Below, in pieces: positions 1-11,113 of a DNA stretch of 40,664 nt. Within the stretch, counting starts at the first letter, position 1. Each line of letters starts with the position of its first letter. Below the pieces are notes generated by a model that was not told the DNA's origin, did not search any database, and saw only the letters and a program-made list of their open reading frames with translations. Made by a program: the position numbers and the translations under genes. Source of the stretch: Seison nebaliae (lineage: Eukaryota); contig JALJEE010001049.1 of the NCBI GenBank assembly GCA_023231475.1, forward strand, positions 1 through 40,664, written 5' to 3'.

Positions 1-478
1 GTTCAAGAGGTATTTACCGGTGTAGGGTGCCATGGCTGTTACTTCCATTTATGCCAGTCAATTATTCGGAAAGTGGCTTTACATGGTTTAAAAGTTAAAT
101 ATTCGACCGACAAAGATTTTAAGTTTGAAGTTAAAAAACTAATGTTTTTATCTTAAGTCCCGATCGAACATGTTGTCGTTATTTTTGAAGAAATAAGAAA
201 ATCGATTTCCGCGGAGGCCCACATTATATACGATTATTTTGACGAAACCTATGTTGGAGCTTCATTTCTATGAAGCAATATTTCCACCTATTTTATGGAA
301 CAATAAGGATAAGTTAGTTCATTTGGTGAAGCCCCGACCAGCCGATATCCAGCTGGTCCGCGAAATAAGGGCAATCGTGAAAAAACAGAAAAAGGAGGCG
401 AAGGAGCAAATGGCGGAGAACGATAAGCCCCCGCAAGGCGCTGAATCGGCAACGTTTGTTAGCTTGAAGAAGTGGTAA
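1..478 (+). mobile_element. Degenerate MULE (Mutator-like) transposase fragment, truncated by the window start
   Basis: Frame 1 reads VQEVFTGVGCHGCYFHLCQSIIRKV...LMFLS*VP...YDYFDETYVG, then FPPILWN in frame 2. GCxFHxxQ, YFxxTY and FPPxxWN are typical of MULE DDE transposases. There is an in-frame TAA at 154-156 plus a frameshift. Confidence 0.85.
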
Positions 479-518
479 AAGCTTCTTGTTAGCGACTTGT
501 TAGCTTGAAGGCAGAAAA

Positions 519-615
519 ACTGTATTGAACTCGAACAAATTAAGGCAGAAATTACTAATTTCTCGAACAAACTTATTACTAATTTCTGCCTTAATTTGTT
601 CGAGTTCAATACAGT
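519..615. mobile_element. 97-bp fold-back MITE with perfect 36-bp inverted arms
   Basis: ACTGTATTGAACTCGAACAAATTAAGGCAGAAATTA (519-554) is the exact reverse complement of 580-615, with a 25-bp spacer. The CTGTATT terminus followed by TA on the right resembles pogo/Tc1-mariner ends; the left flank is AA. Confidence 0.7.
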
Positions 616-1219
616 AGTATAAAGAACATTTTCTATAATTTATTTTTTAATTTTAAATAAAGAAATTTTGAAAAAACTTTTTTTTCAAATTTAATTTTTA
701 AACTCAAATTTTTTAACAATTGATTTAAAAGACATTAAAATGACAAATAGAAAAGTTATAAATTACAAGAGTAGAGAAGCAGAATGTATAATAAAAAAAT
801 TATAGGAATAATGAGAAATCTAATGATTTCGTTCCAAACAATTTACCATAATATAGCCTATGGAATTGCTGACTTTCAATTCCCTTTGGTAATACTGATT
901 GAGAACCACATTGGTTAATAATTCTTTTTCGTTCTCATTCAGATTATATCTTCTAAACCGTATTTTAATTTACATTTTTGGTATTGATGCAAATTGAGGG
1001 GTATTACGATCGTATGTTCTCCATCCTGAACTAATGATATGTCTTGTCAACATCATTAGTACTTCCATTTTACATACGGACCATTTGTCTGAAAAAATGA
1101 GAAAAGTATGTAGATAATGTATAAAAGATTAGGGCAAACTTTACTTCAGGTACATATTCCCTATCCAGCAATTCCCGAACATTTATGAATCACCAGATAT
1201 CATACACGTCATTTTTAAT

Positions 1220-1253
1220 TTGGGATAGAACTAACTTGTAAGTTCTATCCCAA
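1220..1253. repeat. Short perfect inverted repeat (13-bp arms, 8-nt spacer)
   Basis: TTGGGATAGAACT-aacttgta-AGTTCTATCCCAA. Confidence 0.7.
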
Positions 1254-1530
1254 TTGAATTAAAAATTAAACTTAAATGGATTACAATGAATGAGAAATAT
1301 AAAATGCGCCATAAATATAGTGGCAAAAAACTATTGACATAGATAGAAAATTGTCTAAACGTTATTATGGAAAAATCTGTTAATTTTGGTCATAATTCAT
1401 TTATCGTTCCCTTTTAAATTTTAGGTTTATAAAAGATTATATGTTTCTTAATTGTGATTAATTTCTTTCAGCTTTCTTTTTATAATGATTTTTGTTCATA
1501 ATATTGTGGATCCATGTCTTTATTAAGATT

Positions 1531-1686
1531 GTTTCTATCAAAATCTTAGAGGATTGAGTCGGAGATACGAATGAAAGAAGGTCGCACGTTCCACGCATAT
1601 TTGCGAAATAACTTACTCTGCACCTCGATAGAGTCATATTTGGGCGTGCGTAACACAGTGGGGTTAGTTTTCGATAGCAACTTTTT
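1531..1686 (+). ncRNA. Candidate structured small ncRNA, family unassigned
   Basis: GC-richer island in AT-rich DNA. Terminal stem GTTTCTATC/GATAGCAAC (8 of 9 paired). Internal stem CGCACGTTC/GGGCGTGCG encloses hairpins CGCA-tatt-TGCG and ACTCTG-cacctcga-TAGAGT. TTTTT follows immediately and a second T6 run follows that. Confidence 0.5.
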
Positions 1687-2258
1687 GCTGCAACTTTTTT
1701 GTTATTTAAAATTCGATAAAAATGAATTCATATTATGAAAGTACGTATTTTTTTAAACCTATAATACTATTTTAAAAAAATTTACATATTAGGAAAATGA
1801 TATATGGCTAATAAAAAGAAGCTTGCTACGAAGTGTCTCATTTTGCCCCACAAGACGATAACTTAATTTGACAGTCAACTGTTGTATGAAAGTAATTTTT
1901 CTCGATCTCCAATTGAATCACAAACAAAAAATGTTACTGTATTGTTTGATGGACGTTGAATTGATTAGTAAACCACTTGAATTGTCTATTTTATTACATG
2001 CGTTTAATAGTAGAGCGTTACATATTTAAAAGTTTCCGTTTCCTTTGGAATTATTTGTTGGTTTGGTGAAGGAATTAGTGTAATAAGTGATAAAAAGAAA
2101 AGGAGAATAATTATAAGAAAGAATTTATTAAATATGATTAATAAATAATTAAGTCGAGGATTAATAGATTAATTATTAAATAAATAGTAGAATTATCCGG
2201 GAACAATTGAACCATTTACATATCGAATCAGAAGATTTTCGATTAGCCATTCCAACAA

Positions 2259-3149
2259 TTATTTCTTTTGGGAAGCATTGTAGTATTTCTCTTGGGAACC
2301 ATTGAAGTATTTCTCTTGGGAAGCACTGAAGTATTTCTCTTGCAATTGTTTGCTCACCCATTTCTCGTAACATTTTCGTTTTTGTTTGAAATTTGTCATT
2401 CGTTGTCTGGCTGCAACTATCATTTTATCCATATCATTCATCATGGCTTCTGGACTCATGGTGGACATCAATTGTATCTTGGCGTTCATTATTCCATAAT
2501 AATCAACAAGTCCTCTCATAATACTCTCGGTCATATAAATCATTTTCTGATCTCTAAGTTCGGGAGATTTCTTTGTGTTCTCCATTCCGAATTCTGCCAA
2601 GTCTGAAAAGATATCGTTTATTGCAACGTTATTCTTCTTTATTTGATTCTCGATTTTCTCTCGTTTCACCAAATAAGACGTATCCGTTCCCTTTGGGTAA
2701 TTAGTCGGTACTTTTTTGATAGATTCCGATAATGGTTGTTTTATTTTTTGAAGTTGGTTAGTAAATATTTGTTGTTGTTGTGAATTGTTCATTCCTGGTA
2801 CTGTGGAAGGTGCGAATAGTGGATGGGAACAATTATATTGATTTCTCCCATATCTGTTCAATTCCATTTTGTTATATTTGAACGTCTTTTTCTCATACAA
2901 ATAAACTTTAAATTCGGTCGACATATCGGTATCGGACACCATCTTCCAATCCTCATATTGATAACCATTAATTTCCTCAATATCGTACTTGTTACTTTCA
3001 AATACCATTTCCATCAACGAGTGCAACTTGTCGTAAGTCATTCGGCACTTATTAGATAGTGGAATACTGATTATTGACTCTTGGTATTCCCAAGAGGTAT
3101 TAGGAGTGGCCGGCATATAGAAAATAACTTTCACCATTGTGACATCCAT
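2259..3149 (-). CDS. Intronless hypothetical protein (296 aa) with C-terminal octapeptide repeats
   Basis: 891-bp ATG-initiated ORF in AT-rich DNA, with no domain I recognise. It ends QEKYFSAS-QEKYFNGS-QEKYYNAS-QKK. Confidence 0.6.
   Translation of the reverse strand: MDVTMVKVIFYMPATPNTSWEYQESIISIPLSNKCRMTYDKLHSLMEMVFESNKYDIEEINGYQYEDWKMVSDTDMSTEFKVYLYEKKTFKYNKMELNRYGRNQYNCSHPLFAPSTVPGMNNSQQQQIFTNQLQKIKQPLSESIKKVPTNYPKGTDTSYLVKREKIENQIKKNNVAINDIFSDLAEFGMENTKKSPELRDQKMIYMTESIMRGLVDYYGIMNAKIQLMSTMSPEAMMNDMDKMIVAARQRMTNFKQKRKCYEKWVSKQLQEKYFSASQEKYFNGSQEKYYNASQKK
2261..2342. repeat. 24-bp minisatellite, ~3.4 copies (coding)
   Basis: Unit ATTTCTCTTGGGAAGCATTGAAGT with minor variants. Confidence 0.9.
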
Positions 3150-3568
3150 AACTAATTGACGAGTTTGATTATTTGGAGAAGAAATAAATTTAGAAAAGTT
3201 TTTAGTGAAGAAATGTGGATGATCCCTAAATATTTATAGACTTCTAAATAAGAAATTAAATGTAAATTCCTTTTCAATTTCTTCTTCTTGTGCACAGTCG
3301 AATATTTTTCATTCTTCACATTTACTGTACAAATGAATTGTACTGTCAAATTCAATATTTTTATTCGAGAGAACTTTCGAGAATAACAAATCGAAAACTC
3401 GAAAAATTCTCTATTTCTAAACGTGGAATGAGAGTTAAATGTTTTTAATTTGAACATGTGGGAAAATGTAAAGAACGTTAACATGGGTAGATTTGTAGGA
3501 AGAAGAGAATATGGTGAAATCATGATTAACTGTCAAGATATGAAGATTGAGCTCACAACGAGAGAAAG

Positions 3569-5295
3569 ATGACGTTGACGTTTTACATTATTCTCCTTCT
3601 CACAATAGTCGTTGGTTATCTCGTCTATTTTGTGGTTAGTGTGTGGACGAAAGTAAAAGGACGTGATGATTCAGTTGATTCCATAACAGTCAGTGACGGA
3701 ACTGATGTTGGTGATGATGATGATGAGAAAAATGAGGAGAATGTGAAAACTTTCTATAATTTGGGGAAACATCCATGGTTCCATCGATCAATGAAAGGAC
3801 ATAGTCTTACCATTAACCATATCAAAGTTGATGGCAATCGAATGGTTACATGTAGTTCCGAAGGTCGAGTCATCATTTGGGATCTCAAACAATTCTTTAA
3901 CGATAAAGTCAAGTTAATATTCTCAACGAAAAATATCTTCTCAATTATTTTCGAAGAAATCAGATTTTCAAATTTAATTTTGATATATCCAAAATCGACA
4001 TAAATTGGCGACGAAAGTTATTTCTTTAAATTAATCAATATCAATTAACACTATTTCAATTCATTCTCGTTAGATTATTGTACGTTTGTGATAATGATAA
4101 GAATTGTGTTCGAGAAATTGAAATCGATTTAAAGAAGAATGAGACAAAACGTGGAGATAGTAATTTAATTTTAAAAAGAGAGGAAGAATATCGAGAAGTT
4201 TCTCTCAATTTTTTGTTCTGGGGAAACTTTTAAAATTTTTTTTGAACAGCAACTAAATTTAGTTCAATCGATGAACGTGTCAACTTGTTGCAACGTCGTT
4301 TTGACAACGGATAATAATAATGGTCTCTACATTTATTCGTCGCCCAGTTCACCACCACAAACGGTGACGACCATGTTCAAGAAACAAAATTACGTTTCAT
4401 TATCGTCGTGTGGACAATATTTGGCGATTTGTGGCAATTTGAATACGACGAAAATTTGGCATCTCATGTCGAAGAAGAAGAAGAATATCGATATCTATTT
4501 CCCCGGACAAGATCACACATATGAAGGAATTGAATTAGCAATTACTGTTGTTGGTTAGTTTTTTCCAACATTTTTTTAAATTTATTTTCCAACATTTCTC
4601 AAGTTTTATTTATGTGAAATTTTTTAAAATAATTTAAAATTTCTTAAAAAGTTAAAATGAAAAAATTTTAATAATTTTAATCAAATTTCTTTTACTCTTC
4701 TTTAGGTGGTCATCAAATAGGTATTCGAGCGTGTCTTTTCAGTCGATCGATTCCACTTCATCTTCTCACTTTGGATGAAAGTGGAAAATTCTGCTATTGG
4801 AATTGTGACATCAATTGGAAACAGAAAGAAGACGCTCGTTTATTATCTAGCGGAATTATCGAAGAATTTCCTAAAGATACTTCAAATATCTCATTAGATA
4901 TGTCAAGAAAAGATGAGAGCTATTTAGTCGCTACCGACCATATCGTTTACATCATTCAACGTGCTACAAACCTCATTCTCCATCAATTTAAGACGACAAG
5001 TTCATTGAAACATTTATCTGATTTATCATCATTCTTTTATTTCATTCAGATTCCATCACTTCAATTCATTCCTCACTCACTACTTGTCATTTCTTCGTCG
5101 TGTCGGAGAATAAAGTTCATTGTTTTATGAATGTGGATGAAGCTAAGAAAGAATTGGCATCGTTGAAAATCGATTTCCATCGAAAAGAAGAATTTCAAAC
5201 TTTAACGTTCAAATTTCCATCATTTTCATCATTATATCTTCTTTTTCAGACGACAATTGGAAAGTTTGAAGAATTTGAAGAAAGAAGAAAACTGA
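3569..5295 (+). CDS. TBL2: Transducin beta-like 2 (ER-anchored WD40 protein), 7 exons
   Basis: N-terminal TM helix; HPWFHRSMKGHS; WD repeats; YWNCDINWKQKEDARLLSSG, which resembles the TBL2 WDTDVEYKKKQDPYLLKTG motif; C-terminal coiled coil. Six GT-AG introns (first 3913-3956) restore the frame to TGA at 5293-5295. Confidence 0.8.
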
Positions 5296-5452
5296 GAAGA
5301 AATCCATCACGATGAATATGATATCAAATTATTTTAATTTGAATAAACAGAAAATAATAAAATAAATTTTGAAAAAAAATGTAAAGGAAAAATTTGTTTT
5401 GTTTATTTCTTAGGAATTTCTAGTTCAATTTGGACGAGCGAAATATGAGTAT

Positions 5453-7173
5453 TCAGAAGAAATTCAACATCAACGAAACTGATGCTCCACTATTCACTTT
5501 CCATTTGTATAGAGTCTCTTTCTCCGACCAATAATAGAGTCTCAACAAAAAAGATGGAACGAGCAGTTTGAGTGATTTCGCTTGAGTTGATGTGGGAAGA
5601 ATCTTGGAGCGACATGTTGGACAAGATATTTCTTCGCCATCCACATTTGAACTGACATCGAGAACAAATGATTTCTGTCGATAATCGGAGAGACTTAACA
5701 CCCATGTCGTGAGACACAATTCACAGAAAACATGTTGACAATTGAGAAGGATTGGTGACTGATAAAATTTATCACAAATTTCACATTGAAATCGACCGAG
5801 ATAAAGTCGTCGGAAAAGTGATTTCTTCACTGATTTCTTCCTTTCTCTTCTCTCCATTTCATCTGATTTATATGTTGGATCATTTTCATTATTATTCTCC
5901 TTTTCCAATTTCACGTCAATAAATCGATCATTTGTTGAATCGTTGGAAGATCGTTTGCGGAATGTCGTTGCTGCCACTCTCTCCAACTCATTCAATCGAC
6001 GACTGATAATTCCATCAACCGTATTATTCTCATTCGTTAATTTCATGTTATTGTTGTTGTTAATGTTATAAACGATATCCGTTTCATTTAAAATAGCAGT
6101 GTTAATGAGAAGATTCATATCATTTCGATCTAAATCGAGATGTTCGAATCGATTCTCTATCGAATTTGACTGATTCGAATTAGAATTCATCATTGAATTT
6201 CTATATAAATCATCGAATGTCTCTTTTTTTCTGATCGTTTTCAAATGATCAATCGTTATCTCTTTCGATCGGATGTTATTGAGGAGTAATCTCGTTTGAA
6301 AAAATAATTTCCATTCCTCTTTCCATTTCATATAAATCTGAATGAATTTCAACATGAGATAACTGATAACGAATAAAGCGCAAGCAAATGAAGATAATCG
6401 ATGATCTTTCGTTTCGATGAAATAATAAATCCAAATTCTCATTGGAATTATCATCAAATATAAATGTAAGAAAATGTCCATTATCTGGAGGTAGAACCAC
6501 TAAAAAATGAAAGTTTAAACCGTTAATTGAATAATCGAGACTGAGAGAAAGAGAGAAACACAACTTTCTTCGCCCACGAATGAGTGGCGAGTAAATAAAG
6601 TGATTTGATTGATAAGATCATAAATTTCCCGCACATGTCAACAACAGCGACTAGAACCAGAATTTGGTCGATACGGGCCTCAGATGATCGAAATGGCAAA
6701 GAGAGTTGGAAAAAGTAAAATCTGAAAATAAATCATTTTTGTAATTCATTGAAATAAATAGACAAAAGAGAATTAACGCTCGATATATTTTATACTCTTT
6801 GTAGAGAATCATACAACAAATGGAACAGATGAAAGAGAAAATTCCCAGAAAGAAATAATGAACGACATGTAATTTCTCTAATCTCTAGAAATAGAAAAAG
6901 AAAATAAATTTGAAATTATTTCAAGAGAAATGAATAAACGATTAATATGAGTGATATACACATTCGTCGATTCAACCAGTACAATGTCCCAAATATAACT
7001 ATGAAACTGATGATAACTGAATGAGAATTAATTAAATTAAATGAATGAAAAATGGAACTTGTAAATGCTTCATATGTCAATCGACAGACGATTAAAATCA
7101 GAAAGATGATATGAAATAAATACATTCGATCAAATGATTCGATATTAGAAATTATTGAAGGAACGTTCATCAT
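5453..7173 (-). CDS. RING finger and transmembrane domain protein (RNFT1/RNFT2-like E3 ligase), 4 coding exons
   Basis: Multi-TM N-terminal half (spliced VAVVDMCGKFMILSIKSL...WFYLQIMDIFLHLYLMIIPMRIW). C3HC4 RING CEIC...LNCQHVFCELCLTTW...CPTCR. C-terminal SGASVSLMLNFF resembles the RNFT DGATS...IF end. Confidence 0.8.
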
Positions 7174-7490
7174 CTTTCTTCGATTGGAGACGACGGTGAA
7201 ATGGTCTGCTAAATGTTGGTGAAATGAAAGAATTTCATTAAAAGAAACGTGCTCTTTTATTCAAAAATTCTACGAAAGTCCAATAATCTTCTTATTATTT
7301 TTTATTCGATGTAAAAAATGAAAAGAAAAGAATTTCGTTCATTTAAATAATTTTCTTTTTCTAATCAAATGTGATGGAAGCGAAACATTTGAAAAGGTGG
7401 AAATGATTGATGGTAATTGAGAGATGATTTCCTGTTAACTTCATTCCTTAACAAGACGACAGTGAGAGACTTAGCTCGAAATGCACTATT

Positions 7491-8218
7491 TTAAACGTTC
7501 GCGTTTGAATATTGTTGATCTTTACCATTCACTGGTGGTATGTTAACTGGAGCATATTCTTTCTCCTTCGGCGCTTGTTCACGACATCCCATCATCATCA
7601 AAACAATACCACCAATTAATAAAATTGATGGGAAAAGAACTGTCGATATTAGAATGCCATAACTGAAATTGGTTTTCACCACAACATCCAACGGTGATAA
7701 TTCGACATAGTAGCAGGGATATGATTGACCGACCACTCCATATTTATTCTTCCAATTCTCAATATATTCCACATTCAATTCCGAACTCACTTCACAATAC
7801 TCGACGGAACACTTCGGAAAAATCGTTTTAGTTGAGACAGTTTATTTAAAAAATGAACTTTTTTTGTCTTTCTCAATTGATCGGACGATTCGTGAAGTTG
7901 AGAGGACTTCAATCCAATCACCGTTTCATAATCGACGTTCACTCGCAGACATGGATATTGTGACGGTTCACATAATGGTCTAATGCCGTCCTGATAATAG
8001 GCGTTACGACATTTAAAATCACAATAAATCCATTCGCGATCCATCGCTTGTTTGAGGCTTTTATGTGCATATTCCGATAGTCGAACGGTACAAGTCGTTT
8101 TAGTGAAGATTCGATCCATATAACTATGACGGAATACGACCACTCCTAATACAGGTAGAAGAATACATCCAGCGATTAGGAGAATCGATCCACTTATTAT
8201 ATAAAGACGACTCCACAT
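7491..8218 (-). CDS. BK (Slo1) calcium-activated K+ channel beta subunit-like (CaKB/KCNMB family), 226 aa, 2 exons
   Basis: Two TM helices flank a Cys-rich loop: TTCTV, CDFKC, SQYPCLRVNVDY, KK|CSVEYC, YPCYY, VLFPSILLIGG. A 47-nt intron at 7812-7858 joins the two ORFs in frame. Confidence 0.75.
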
Positions 8219-8429
8219 CGAACGGAAAGCAAATGAGATTTATTTATTTATTTATTATAATGATCTTTATAGAGTGATGATTGTGAAATAACGTTTATTA
8301 TGTGAGAAGAAATTGATAAAAAGACAAAGTATTTGTGGAGAGGAGACAGATGTAAAATATACAAAGTAAACAATTTTATTAGTTAAATTCTTATCAAAAA
8401 ATTTATCATTCAATTCATTTGTTTACTTT

Positions 8430-10590
8430 TCATCGGAAAATACGTTTCGTTGTGCTAACTGAGTGTCTGAATTTAGTTCCTTTCGGTTTCACATTTTCCT
8501 GCATGACTCGAGGTGATGGCACTTGTGTCGTCTGATCAATGAGTCGTTTGAGTAATCGGATCGACCGTTGAGTGTCACTGTATTGTGGATAGAAGAAAAC
8601 GAGCATGATGAATGTCAACATTCCCATGAAAAAGATAAGCCAAATAGTCGGTAGGAGAATTTCTGGTGATGTCACAATAAATGATGAATAGAAGAAATAA
8701 ATATGTTCCAATTCATATTTCACCGGGAAATGGAAGTGCATGTAAGCATTCGCTTCTAATGAGAATATGTGTTCTACCGTTATCGTATTATTCCACCATG
8801 CTATTCAATCAAATGACAACTAATATGAATAAATCTGAGAAAAAAATGGTAAAATTAACTTGGCGATTCCGGACATACTTCGGTGGAGTTGTGAACATAG
8901 CCAATCGTCGATGGGAAACAACGAAACTTATTAAACATGATGTGGAGATTGGGTAAATGGGGATCGTAGCAAATTGTTTTACTACTACAAAAACTTACTA
9001 GAAGAAAAAAAAATGGTGGCAGGAGATTTGGGAAAGAAACTAAACAGATATCGACTAAGAAAGCCGATCGGTCGTTATGTCCACAAAGGAAAGAAGAGAA
9101 TTTGGGAGTATGTTGAATCCAATCGAGATTACACGCACACAATACTTGATCGTGATCGAATATGACACGTGAGACATGTTGGAACAAAGGCGACCAGAAC
9201 TGCTCGAACAGAATTTGAATTTAATTAATTAGAAATTAATTTGGGAAACTTTGGGCGCTAAAGTTTTTATTCGATATGAACCGCGCAGATCGATCTGACT
9301 AAGAAATTTCAATTCGTTCAACGACTCGGGTAGATAACTTAATTTGGTGGATGAGATTTTGATGGAATGTAAATTGGTGATGATTTCGAAGACTCCATGT
9401 TCGATCCATTCCAATGTATCGGAAATAATTTCCAGAACTCTCAAATTCATTCTTGGACATGCAATATTATTCAAATTTTTCAATAGAATTCTCAATTTCA
9501 ATTTATGAGAGGGAAATAATCTTTCTAGAAATGAAAATTATTCCTCTGGAAATTTATCTGAAGGAATTCAAACCATAATTTCTCGTTCTCTCGTCTTTGA
9601 TGACTGTGCTGAGTCGGTGGTGGAGGTATGAGACTCGACAAACGAAAGTCCATCGATTCAAACATTTCACTCCTAATCCAGTCAACTTGACAACTTCGAC
9701 TGAAGGTAAATCGCCAAATAAAGTTGACGCTAATTGTCCTCGTTGTTGAACTCGATGTAATTGAATGAACATGACATTGGGAAAGAATATCGGGAATAAA
9801 TAAGAAGGGAATTGTTGTAAAGCAGCTGATCCTGATATCTTCACTTTCTTCACGAAAACATTCCGATATAATTCAATTTCTGACGGTAATTGAATTCCAT
9901 CCGCATAATGGATGAGAACGGCCAAACTTTTCTGAACAATGGCCGCCGTGTCTAACGACCATAACGCCAAATTATCATCCCAATAACGATCTTTAGGCAT
10001 TACTTTCGAAATATCGGAATTCCTTATATCCACCGATTCCACATTCAAGAAATCGAAACAATACACTCCACGATACCGATTATGTGATAATCGGAAACTA
10101 TCCCATGGCATTTCTCCATTAATCTTCAACTTCTCACAATGTTCCTTCTTTACCAATTCATTTCTCTTTTCTAAATCCCAAAAATATTTCTCAAATTAGA
10201 AAATCTCAATTTTTTTTAATTTCTTCAATTGAAAATTCGATTAAATTAATTTTATTCCTAACTAAAATTTCCGATAATTCCCAAAAAAATTCAAAAGTGA
10301 AATTTTGGAAGAATTTTCAAATAAATTTTTGATAATTTTCATGATGATTAAGATTTATTAAATTAGAGTCAATAATTTAGAAAGATGGAACAATTCAAAA
10401 AAAAAAAAGAAATAACTGAAAAAGAAAAAACTTAAAAAATAAATTTAATTAGTAACCGAAACATGATTGACTGAAGAAAGAATAATTGTCATAAAATGGA
10501 AAAAACGAGAAAATGAATCGACGAACGATTACATAAGCAGTATTCGATGAAAATAGAAATCAGAAAAAAATATGAGTTAAACTGAAACAT
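8430..10590 (-). CDS. Single-pass leucine-rich-repeat membrane protein, 5 exons
   Basis: Signal-peptide-like exon 1 (MFQFNSYFFLISIFIEYCLCN); LRRs (NLRVLEIISDTLEWI, LSYLPESLNELKFLSQIDLRGS); LRRCT-like CACNLDWI; TM ILLPTIWLIFFMGMLTFIMLVFF; short cytoplasmic tail. Four frame-restoring GT-AG introns; exon 1 is the least certain. Confidence 0.7.
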
Positions 10591-10655
10591 TTTTTCTTTG
10601 TTGAAGAGAATTGGAGATTTCCTTCGATTCTCTCATTCAATCAATTTTATCTTTT

Positions 10656-11113
10656 TCAATTTTGTTTCGATTGACTATTCATGTACAATCGGTAGAATAA
10701 ACGAGCCAATTCGAATCCACTGCAACATTATTTTATTGAGATGATAATAAGATGAGAAATGTTCTAACGATAATCCAAAAACAATTCCAGCTGGCATCAA
10801 TTTTGCACTGTCCCAAAAGCGGAAGCCCATAATGGCGAATAGACCGAACGTGGAAACTGAAGAGAATTAACTTTTTTGAGAAATGGAAGAAGAAGTAACA
10901 TAATAATAATTGATAATCATTTTGATCATTTGCAAATTTATTGGCACCGACTAAAATGGCGGTGCCGAAAATGAGTCCACTAGCTAGGGAGATGACACTG
11001 CCTACAACAATTTAATTAAACTCTAATTACAATTAAATATAACGAGCTTTAAGGAATCCCAATCCGCCACCTAGAATGACACTAGTACCATAGAAAATGC
11101 TGAAGTAGTCCAT
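10656..11113 (-). CDS. TMEM14: Transmembrane protein 14 (TMEM14C-like), 4 exons; absent from the ORF track
   Basis: Spliced product MDYFSIFYGTSVILGGGLGFLKARSVISLASGLIFG...FAIMGFRFWDSAKLMPAGIVFGLSGFELARL matches the TMEM14 pattern [22 protein letters not shown]...MGMRFYHSGKFMPAG. Confidence 0.9.

Noticed and set aside
820..1212. Exon-like minus-strand segments separated by an intron-like tract
   Set aside because: Every spliced frame I tried has internal stops and there is no recognisable domain. It is at best a decayed pseudogene.
1655..1670. Telomerase-template-like CTAACCC on the minus strand
   Set aside because: It lacks the 1.5-repeat permutation (CTAACCCTAA) a template needs.
2261..2342. 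CRISPR-like repeat array
   Set aside because: Head-to-tail 24-bp units with no spacers, inside a eukaryotic ORF, and no cas genes.
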